Part shown: positions 52,558 through 64,000 of the stretch, one piece after another | Position numbering within the stretch: position 1 is the first letter of the stretch | How the letters are laid out: each line of letters starts with the position of its first letter | NCBI RefSeq assembly: GCF_026210795.1 | Contig: NC_089434.1 | Coordinates: 1,488,001-1,552,000, forward strand | Source of the DNA: Rhizophagus irregularis | Lineage: Eukaryota | Direction: 5' to 3' | DNA length: 64,000 nucleotides | Translations under genes and position numbers: made by a program | Notes under the pieces: generated by a model | What the model was told of the DNA's origin: nothing | What the model saw: only the letters and a program-made list of their open reading frames with translations | Databases searched by the model: none

Positions 52558-54868
52558 TTAAAATCCATCTAAGGAATAAATAAATAACAGATAATAGTAA
52601 CAGGTTAGTAAATAAAATAAATAAAATAGTAAAAATAAAGAATAATAAATTAATTAAGAACTTACCATCAGGAATTTCAAATTCATCTTGTTCATTTGAA
52701 TGAAGATTTGGATTATTATGTATATCATCATCATCTATAAAAAAATAAATAAATAGAATTAAAAATGGTATTAATGTTAACTATTATTATGTAAGATTTC
52801 GCTTACCATCAATATTAATATTTTGCTTTTTTGTTTGTTGTTGTTGAGTTATTTCTTTTTCATCATCTATATTTTTAAATAAATGGCGTGTTTTAATAAA
52901 TGAAATTAATATAATAGCGACTTAATTTGTTTGTAATTCACTTACTATTTGAATTCATTTGCAACTTTTTAAATACTTTAGATAATCTTTTACTGCTACC
53001 TAAATTTGATATTAAATTCAATTTCAATTTATTATTTCTAACATATAATTCAAATAAATATTACCTTTAAAAATATCAATTATTTTCGATGATTTGCCAC
53101 TATTCTGCTTATTTGACCCGTTAAAATCATTAACTGAAAACAAATATTAATTTATAAACATTGTTATGAAAAAAATTCAATAATGTAGTGTTAAATACTT
53201 ACTATCATCAGGAATGTTAAAATCATATGATTTACTATGAAATGCTATTATAAAAATAAATTATTTCAATATTAAATTGTTGATAATTAAAAAAATAACA
53301 AGAAATTATTAATACCTTCTTGTTCTTCTATTATAATTAATTTTAATTAAGAAATAATAATGTTAATTTAATTTAAAATAAACAAAAAAGATTAATAAAA
53401 TATTATACACTTATACCTTCTGTTGCATTTTTTGGTTCGGGTAGATTTTCAGCAAATTGATGAATTTTACTTGTAAATAATCTGCTACTCGCATAATTTC
53501 CTTTTACTTTATTCATTTCTAAATTATCTATTTCTGGTTGAAATGATTTATCTGACATATTTTGATAATCTAAAATAAGTCTTTTCATTTTGGTCGCAAG
53601 TGCGTCAGCATCAAGTCTCTTTAATGGATCAGCATCCCAACATTGTATCATTAAATTTTTATATTCTAATGGAGTTCCTGTCACAATTTTTGGCCTTATA
53701 CCATTAATAATGTTCATTGCAAGGTCATAATCATGTTCATAATTTATGAATGGTGGTTGTCCAGATGAGATTTCCCACATAAGCATTGCAATACTATAAA
53801 TATCAGATGCAAAAGTACATTCTCTTCCAACAATAATTTCAGGTGCTATGTAAGGAAGATTCCCATATATACTTTTTGATGATTTATCTGCAGGTCCACA
53901 AAATCCAAGATCACTAATATGCCAAGAATCATTAAATTGTGAATATAATATATTTCCAGAATGCAAATCTCTATGAATTGCATTTTCACAATAAATATAA
54001 TAAAGTGAAAGAATTATCTCATAAGCAATCCCAATTCTTTCTTTCCATGTGAGTTGATTATGATTTTGTTGTAAATATTTTCTTAAATCTATATCCATTT
54101 TCATCATTACAAGCATATAATTTCCATTTGATATATCTTGTGTCAATCCATAACATTGAACAATATCTGGCCATTTATTACTTATGGTTAAATGTGATTT
54201 AGCCTAAATGAAAACATGCTATTGTTAATAGAAGAAATATAAATTTTTAAATAAATTTCAAATAAAATTATACAAACCTCTTCAAACCAACCTTGATTTG
54301 CACTTTTAACATTTTCTAACCTTTTAAGTATTACATTTTCATCTCCAAATCTTATTAATTGTTGTCTCTTAGAATCCCATTCATCATAACTTCCATTAAT
54401 CCAGTCTGCTGTATAGATTTCAGATAATCCACCTTTTGTTAAATATTTAATATTTTTTAAATTACTATATGGGATCCATTCAACTATCACATTTGGTCTA
54501 ATTGTTTCCAATTGACAATTCTGTATTAAATCATCAATACCATCATTTCCAGACGTCCAATTTGAGAAATTTTCTTTTAAATAATTTCGAACACAATATT
54601 CACAATATAATGTAGCTAAACATTCTTGGTTACAATTTTCACAAATTCTTCTTGTACCATCATTAAGCATAACTTTATCTCGATCATAATTTTTAGTTAA
54701 TGACCTTATTGCAAAAGTTTTTTCTTCACTTGTAAGAATTTTATCAGCAAGAAGTATTTGTTGTTGGAACACAAATCGCATATGTATATCATTATGAATA
54801 TTAGTATCTGTTAACATTACTATTCTATTCTTTGTTGCATAAATTAAATCATATCGAAGAGTGGACAT
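52558..54868 (-). CDS. TKL-like protein kinase, copy 3
   Basis: Same exon structure and kinase motifs as copy 2. Confidence 0.9.
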
Positions 54869-55024
54869 AATGTAATTAATAAATTAAAAGGAAAGAAAGA
54901 ATTGTGTTTCAAGTTTGTTACTCCGAGATAAATTAGTAAATGCAAGTTGTTGATCAAACTTGTACCACTCTTGTACCACCATGTGAATTTAAATTCTGAG
55001 ATCTTAAGGCGCGGCAGTACCGAC

Positions 55025-55618
55025 TGTTACGCAGTAAAATGTTGCGCAGCAATCATGTGATATAACTGGACCCGTGATGCCGATCAATGTAGCAAATGTC
55101 GAATATGTTTGACATGTTCGATATGTCGCATATGTCCGATATGTAGAATATATAGAATATATGGAACATGTAGCATATATGAGATATATAGAACATGTAG
55201 CATATATGGGATATATAGAACATGTAGTATATATGGAATATATAGAACATATAGCATATATAGGATATATAGCATATGTAGCATATGTTAAACATTTTTA
55301 GTTTGGAAATTTATGTATATATAGACCTATAATTAGACCTAAATTCAATATAGAACGTGTGTGAAGAATTTAATTAATAAAATGTTTACCCTTTAATATA
55401 CACCTTAATTTTAAGTTTGGTTTTATATGGTTAATCTGCCTTCCCTTATTTGTGTCTGATTGTATGCGCCAGTGTGAAGCGATACTCTATTCACATCTGA
55501 TTGGATTGATTTTAACATATACTGACGTTGATCCTTAAAATTACCTTCTGCTTTATTAAATATAAACATTTTTTAATGTATAGCTTATTTTTAAGCTTAT
55601 AAGAACTGACCTCTAACA
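55025..55618. mobile_element. Solo LTR (or Ginger-type element), 594 bp
   Basis: TGTTA..TAACA ends; 4-bp TSD CGAC (55021-55024 and 55619-55622); empty site CAGTACCGACGCTC at ~59033; internal 27-bp repeats at ~55140-55290. Confidence 0.85.
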
Positions 55619-56542
55619 CGACGCTCAAATAAAAAATGAGTACGAAATTAATACTTGTGTGACAAAATCTTTCTCAATAATTAATACTAGTATTTATTAT
55701 TTTATTTCATATTGATTAATATTTTATTTTGACGAAACAAAAAAATCTAAACTTTCGAAGTGATTGTGTCTTTAATAGATTAAATTAATTAATTGTATTA
55801 TTTAAAATTAACAACATATCGAGTAACGGATATTAGAAATTATAAGAAGCCATATTCAAGTTAGAAAGGAACTTTAGTAGAACCATCATTTCTTTTTTTG
55901 TAATTATGGATTACGATTAAATTAAATATATAACTTGATATAAGCAAATTAAATAATAAATGAAAGAAATCATTACGTTGAGATTTAAGAATTTAGTATG
56001 TAGTAACTTCACAATAATAACATTTCTGTTCAATCTAAAATTGCAATTAATTTTTTTAAAAATGTTAGTGACTTAATGTAGTGATATATATTCAGAAATT
56101 TTTATACGCGCAAAATGTAAATTAGCCTTGAAAAATTTTATGCAATCATATGTGAGAGTAAATAATTATAGCGGCAATTAATCATTGGGCTAAAACAAAA
56201 TCTTTTGAAATAAAGATTATCACCTGGTTGTTAGCTATAAAATTCCTTTCATATTCGGAAAATTAATATTTTCATCAAATTATTTAATAATTTTTCTTGC
56301 AGTTTAATACTGGATAGAACAAATAAAAATCGTTACTATAGAATTATTTTTTACTGATAATTTATATAGTATTTAATAATTTGAATGAATTTATTATACA
56401 ATTATTTAAATTACAAACTAAGAAAATTGTAAAAAATTTTACTACTCTAGTCTTAGTGTTTAAATAATTCAAAATAAATTATAAATAATAAATGATAGAA
56501 ATTTAAAAATATAAAAAAATTGTTAATTTATAAAAAGATAAT

Positions 56543-58893
56543 TTAAAATCCATCTAAATAACAGATATCATAATAGTAACAGGTTAGTAAATAAAATAAA
56601 TAAAATATAGTAGTAAAAATAAAGAATAATAAAGTAATTAAGAACTTACCATCAGGAATTTCAAATTCATCTTGTTCATTTGAATGAAGATTTGGATTAT
56701 TATGTATATCATCATCATCATCTATAAAAAATAAATAAATAAATAGAATTAAAAATAGTATAAAGTTAACTATTATTATGTAAGACTTCGCTTACCATCA
56801 ATATTAATATTTTGCTTTTTTGTTTGTTGTTGAGTTATTTCTTTTTCATCATCTAAATTTTTAAATAAATGATGTGTTCAATAAATGAAATTAATATAAT
56901 AGCGACTTTATTTGTTTGTAATTTACTTACTATTTGAATTTATTTGCAACTTTTTAAATACTTTAGATAATCTTTTACTGCTACCTAAATTAGGATTAAT
57001 ATTAAATTCAGTTTCAATTTATTATTTCTAATAATATATATATATATTATAATTCAAATAAATATTACCTTTAAAACTATTAATTACTTTTGATGATTTG
57101 CTACTATTTTGCTTATTTGACCCGTTAAAATCATTAACTGAAAACAAATATTAATTTATAAACATTGTTGTGAAAAAAAATTCAACAACTGAATGTAGTG
57201 TTAAATACTTACTATCATCAGGAATGTTAAAATCATATGATTTACTATGAAATGCTATTATAAAAAATAAACTATTTCAATATTAAATTGTTGATAATTA
57301 AAAAATAACAAAAAATTATTAATACCTTCTTGTTCTTCTATTATAATTAATTTTAATTAAGAAATAATAGTAATGTTAATTTATTTTAAATAAACTAAAA
57401 ATAAATAAGCTAAAAAGATTAATAAAATATTATACACTTATACCTTCTGTTGCATTTCTTGGTTCAAATAGATTTTCAAAATTGTGAATTTTACTTGTAA
57501 ATAATCTGCTACTTGTACAATTTCCTCTTACTTTATTCATTTCTAAATTATCTATTTCTGATTGAAATGATTTATCTGACATATTTTGATAATCTAAAGT
57601 AATTCTTTCCATTTTGTCCTCAAGTGCATAAACATCAAGTCTTTTTAATGGATCAGCATCCCAACATTGTATCATTAAATTTTTATATTCTAATGGAGTT
57701 CCTGGCACAATTTTTGGCCTTATACCATTAATAATGTTCATTGCAAGATCATAATCATGTTCATAATTTATAAATGGTGGTTGTCCAGATGAGATTTCCC
57801 ACATAAGCATTGCAATACTATAAATATCAGATGCAAAAGTACATTCCCTTCCAGCAATAACTTCCGGTGCTATATAAGGAAGATTTCCATATATACTTTT
57901 TGATGATTTATCAGCAGGTCCACAAAATCCAAGATCACTAATAAACCAACGATCATTAAACTGTGAATATAATATATTTCCAGAATGCAAATCTCTATGG
58001 TTTGCATTTTCACCATGAATACGATAAAGTGCAAGAATTATTTCATAAGCAATCCCAATTCTTTCTTTCCATGTAAGTTGATTATGATTTTGTTGTAAAT
58101 ACTTTCTTAAATCTATATCCATTTCCATCATTACAAGCATATAATTTCCATTTGTTGGATTTTGTGTCAATCCATAACATTGAACAATTTCTGCCCGTTT
58201 ATTACTTATGGTTAAATGTGATTTAGCCTAAATGACAACATGTTATTGTTAATAGAAAAAACATTAAATTTTTAAATAAATTTAGAATAAAATTATACAA
58301 ACCTCTTCAAACCAACTTTGATTTGCACTCTCAACATTTTCTAATTTTTTAAGTATTACATTATTATTTTTCAATCTTATTAATTGTTTTTTTACAGAAT
58401 CCCATTCATCATATTCTCCATTAATCCAATCTGCTGTATAAATTTCAGAAAATCCACCTTTTGTTAAATATTTAATATTTTCTAAATTACTATATGGGAT
58501 CCATTCAACTACTTTACTTGGCATAAGTGTTGCCATTTGACATTTCTGTATTAAATTATCAATATCTTCATTACCAGATGTCCAATTTGAAAAATTTTCT
58601 TTTAAATAATTTCGAACACAATATTCACAATATAATGTAGCTAAACATTTTTGGTTACAATTTTCACAAATTCTTCTTGTACCATCATTATAAAAAATTT
58701 TATTTCGATCATAATTTTCAGTTAAATCTCTTATTGCTTCAGTTTTTTCTTCACTTGTAAGAATTTTATCAGCAAGAAGTGTTTGTTGTTGGAACTTAAA
58801 TCGTTTATGTATATCATTATGAATATTAGTATCTGTTAACATTATTATTCTATTCTTTGTTGCATAAATTAATTCATATCGAAGAGTGGACAT
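56543..58893 (-). CDS. TKL-like protein kinase, copy 4
   Basis: Same exon structure and kinase motifs; start MSTLRYE at 58893. Confidence 0.9.
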
Positions 58894-60006
58894 AATGTAA
58901 TATAAATTAAAAGGAAAGAAAGAATTGTGTTTCAAGTTCGTTACTCAGAGAAAATTAGTAAATGCAAATTGTTGATCAAAACTTGTACCACTCATGTACC
59001 ACCATGTGAATTTAAATTGAGATCTTAAGGCGCAGTACCGACGCTCAAATAAAAAATGAGTACGGTATTTTTTAAATTATTAAAAAACATTTGTGTGACA
59101 AAATCTTTCTCAATAAATTAATAGTATCTATTATTTGATTTCATATTGATTAATATTTTATTTTGACGAAACAAAAAAATCCAAGCTTTTAAAGTGATTG
59201 TGTCTTTAAACGATTAAATTAATTAGTTGTATTATTTAAAATTAACAACATATCGAGTGATGGATATTAGAAATTATAAGAAGCCATTCAATTTATTATT
59301 TTCTTTAAAGAAGCCATATTCAAGTTAGGAAGGAACTTTAGAAGAACCATCATTTCTTTTTTTGTAATTATGGATTACGAATAAATTAAATATATAATTT
59401 GATATAAGCAAATTAATAATAAATGAAAAAAATCATTACATTGAGATTTAAGAATTTAGTATGTAGTAACTTCACAATAATAGCATTGCCGTTTAGTAAT
59501 CTATAATTGTAATTAATTTTTTAAAAACTGTTAGTGACTTAATGTAGTGATATATATTCAAAAAATTTTATACGCGCAAAATGTAAAGCCTTGAAAAATT
59601 TTATGCGGTCATATGTGTGAGTAAATAATTATAACAGCATCCATTCATTGGGTTAAAACAAAATCTTTTGAAATAAAGATATACTTTAAAATATCAATCA
59701 CCTGGTTGATAGCTATAAAATTTTTTTTATATTCGGAAAATTAAAATTTTCATCAAATTATTTAATAATTTTCTTGACTGGGTAGAACAAATAAAAATCG
59801 TTACTATAGAATTTTTTTTACTGATTATTTTATATATTTAATAATTTGAATAAATTTATTATTCAATTATTTAAATTACAAACTAAGAAAATTGCAAAAT
59901 ATTTTACTACTCTAGTCTTAGTGTTTAAATAATTTAAAATAAATTATAAATAATAAATGATAGAAATTTAAAATATAAAAAAATTGTTAATTTATAAAAA
60001 GATAAT

Positions 60007-62319
60007 TTAAAATCCATCTAAATAACAGATATCATAATAGTAACAGGTTAGTAAATAAAATAAATAAAATATAGTAGTAAAAATAAAGAATAATAAAGTA
60101 ATTAAGAACTTACCATCAGGAATTTCAAATTCATCTTGTTCATTTGAATGAAGATTTGGATTATTATGTATATCATCATCATCATCTATAAAAAATAAAT
60201 AATTAAATAGAATTAAAAATAGTATAAAGTTAACTATTATTATGTAAGACTTCGCTTACCATCAATATTAATATTTTGCTTTTTTGTTTGTTGTTGAGTT
60301 ATTTCTTTTTCATCATCTAAATTTTTAAATAAATGATGTGTTCAATAAATGAAATTAATATAATAGCGATTTTATTTGTTTGTAATTTACTTACTATTTG
60401 AATTTATTTGCAACTTTTTAAATACTTGAGATAATTCTTTACTGCTACCTAAATTTAAGATTTTGATTTAATATTAAATTCAAATTCAATTTATTATTTC
60501 TAACATTTAATTCAAATAAATATTACCTTTAAAAATATCAATTATTTTTGATGATTTGCTACTATTCTGTTTATTTGACCCATTAAAATCATTAACTGAA
60601 AACAAATATTAATTTATAAACATTGTTATGGAAAAAATTCAACAATGTAGTGTTAAATACTTACTATCATCAGGAATGCTAAAATCATATGATTTACTAT
60701 GAAATGCTATTATAAAAAAAAAAATAAACTTTTTTAATACTAAATTGTTGATAATTAAAAAATAATAAAAATTATTAATACCTTCTTGTTCTTCTATTAT
60801 AATTAATTTTAATTAAGAAATAATAATGTTAAATTTATTTTAAAATAAACAAAAAAGATTAATAAAATATTATACAATTATACCTTCTGTTGCATTTTTT
60901 GGTTCAGGTAGATTTTCAAAGTTGTGAATTTTACTTGTAAATAATCTGCTACTCGTATAATTCGTTTCTAAATTACTATCTATTTCTGATTGAAATGATT
61001 TATCTGACATATTTTGATAATCTAAAGTAATTCTTTCCATTTTTTTCTCAAATGTATAAATATCAGGCCTTTTTAATGGATCAGCATCCCAACATTGTAC
61101 CATTAAATTTTTATATTCTAATGGAGTTCCTGGCACAATTTTTGGCCTTATACCATTAATAATGTTCATTGCAAGATCATAATCATGTTCATAATTTATA
61201 AATGGTGGTTGTCCAGATGAAATTTCCCACATAAGTATTGCAATACTATAAATATCAGATGCAAAAGTACATTCCCTTCCAACAATAATTTCGGGTGCTA
61301 TATAAGGAAGATTTCCATATATACTTGTTGATGATTTATTAGCAGGTCCACAAAATCCTAGATCACTAATGTCCCAAGAATCATTTAATTGTGAATATAA
61401 TATGTTTCCAGAATGCAAATCTCTATGAATTGCATTTTCACTATGAATATGATAAAGTGCAAGAATTATTTCATCAGCAATCCTAATTCTATCTTTCCAT
61501 GTAAGTTGATTATGATTTTGCTGTAAATATTTTCTTAAATCTCCATCCCTTTTCGCTATTACAAGCATATAATTTCCATTTGATATATCTTGTGTCAATC
61601 CATAACATCGAACAATAACTGTCTGTTTATTACTTATGGTTAAATGTGATTTAGCCTAAATGACATGCTATTTGTTATTATAAAAACTCTAAGTTTTATA
61701 AATAAATTTCAAATAAAATTATACAAACCTCTTCAAACCAACTTTGATTTGCACTTTCAACATTTTCTAATTTTTTAAGTATTACAGTTTCATCGCCAAA
61801 TCTTATTAATTGTTTTTCCTTAGAATCCCATTCTTCATAATTTCCATTAATCCAGTCTGCTGTATAAATTTCAGAAAATCCACCTTTTGTTAAATATTTA
61901 ATATTTTCTAAATTATTATATGGGATCCATTCAACTATCATATTTGGCATAATTGTTTCCATTTGACATTTCTGGATTAAATTATCAATATCTTCATTAC
62001 CAGATGTCCAATTTGAAAAATTTTCATTTAAATAATTTCGAACACAATATTCACAATATAATGTAGCTAAACATTTTTGGTTACAATTTTCACAAATTCT
62101 TCTTGTACCATCATTATCCATAACTTTATTTCGATCATAATCTTTAGTTAAATATCTTATTGTTTCAGTTTTTTCTTCACTTGTAAGAATTTTATCAGCA
62201 AGGACTGTTTGTTGTTGGAACACAAATTGTTTATGTATATCATTATGAATATTAGTATCTGTTAACATTATTACTCTACTCTTTGTTGCAGCAATTAAGT
62301 CATATCGAAGAGTGGACAT
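60007..62319 (-). CDS. TKL-like protein kinase, copy 5
   Basis: Same exon structure and kinase motifs; start MSTLRYD at 62319. Confidence 0.9.
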
Positions 62320-64000
62320 AATGTAATATAAATTAAAAGGAAAGAAAGAATTTCGGTGTTTCAAGTTCGTTACTCCGAGATAAATTAGTAAATGCAAATT
62401 GTTGATCAAAACTTGTACCACTCCTATACCACCATGTGAATTTAAATTCTGTGATCTCAAGGCGCAGTATCGACGCTCAAATAAAATGAGTACGGTATTT
62501 TTAAATTAATAGAAAACATAAATCTGTGTGACAAAAACTTTCTCAATAAATTAATAGTATTTATTATTTGATTTCATATTGATTAATATTTTATTTTGAC
62601 GAAACAAAAAAATCTAATCTTTCAAAGTGATAGTGTAAATTAGTAATTAATTGTATTATTTAAAATTCAATATAAATATGACTGGTAAATTAAGAAAAAA
62701 TTCATCTTTTTGGATATTTTCAATTGAATTTATTCAATAAACAACAACATATCGAGTAACGGATATTAAAAATTATAAGAAGCCATTCAATTTATTATTA
62801 AACCATATTTAAGTTAGAGAGGAACTGAACTTTTGTAGAACTATCATTTCTTTTTTTGTAGATATGGATTACGAAATAATGATTTGAATTAAAAATATAT
62901 AATTTGATAAAAGCACATTAAAAATTAAATGAATGAGAAAGAAACCATCACTTTGAAATAAATAAACGTAGTAAGCTTCAGTACGTATGGAATGTACTAG
63001 TTCCATTATAGTCGGTATTACTGTTTAATAATAATGTTGTTTCCCAATTAATAAATTTCAATTTAACGTTACGGAAAAATTAAAAATTATTCTTTCAGAA
63101 AAATAATCATAAGCTTCTAAAACTTATTTAAATGATTTGGTAAATACAAACGTCGAATGTAAGTCTAACCTAATTTAATTACATAAATTAGTCATTTAAG
63201 AATAAACAAAATCATTGTTTAAAAAAATATAGATTAAATAAGTGTTAAGCCTCAAAAGGGTGTAAATAATAATGAATCTTATTATTATACTTGGTCAGTT
63301 ACCATTTGATACTTTTGCTTCTTTAAAAGACAAAACCATCGACGTTTTTAATTTTTATATGTTTTATCGATAAAAAAAAAAGTTTAAAAAATACTTGCAA
63401 TGTTTATCAATCATAATAGGATAAGAATTTTGTTGTGCGCAAACGATAATTAATTGCTAGCTTAGCCTTTTTAATGATATAATAAATTGAAAAGCAAATG
63501 AGCGGTAGTCATTAATTTATAAATAAATAATCATCAGATTTTTTAAAAAAAATATTTTGTATTAAATTTTTTTTTGATAATGATATGGTTAAATATTTAT
63601 TGATGTTTCATAATAAATCTATATGTTTTTTATAATTAATTTTTCATCCAAACTTATAATAATAGCCATAGTAACTATCACATTAAAGTTTTTGAGTTTC
63701 TACATTTAATAATTTTTAAAAACGTGACCTTAAATTTTTAATCAACTCGTCAAGTCTCACAATGAGTAACCAGATTTTATCTAATGAGATCGATAAAACA
63801 AATGATTATGCCTATTACGAATCTATACCCACCAATGATAGGGTCGAGTTGATTTAAGTATTATTATTCATCAAGACATCAGGATATTTCACATATGCAT
63901 AATCTTCCATAAAAACAATAAACTGAATTTCAATCATATTTTCATTTTCTAAAATTAAACAAGATACAAGAGAAATTCATATTTATATTTATATTACCAT

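Noticed and set aside
55053..55295. Cys/Tyr/His-rich ORFs on both strands
   Set aside because: They are translations of the tandem repeat inside the solo LTR.

Overview
AT-rich eukaryotic (fungal) DNA with short GT-AG introns. The gene families point to an arbuscular mycorrhizal fungus (Glomeromycota, Rhizophagus-like); this is inferred from family content. The first ~25 kb holds multi-exon housekeeping genes: a GPCR-like membrane protein, an ankyrin/DysF/FYVE/RING protein, an FHA coiled-coil STRIPAK-type protein, a NIPA Mg2+ transporter, a MARVEL-like protein and Atg10. It also holds a 57-aa beta-thymosin gene that the ORF track misses. The remaining ~39 kb is accessory. It has five paralogous TKL-like kinase genes plus a relic of a sixth, a Crinkler (CRN) pseudogene, an F-box/LRR gene, MITEs, a solo LTR and two divergent Crypton-like (DUF3504-type) tyrosine-recombinase elements. 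Both recombinase elements share the same unexplained layout: a ~145-150 bp imperfect hairpin, a 5-bp spacer, then the recombinase gene between ~30-bp inverted repeats. This layout resembles a folded single-stranded recombination site and is the top finding.
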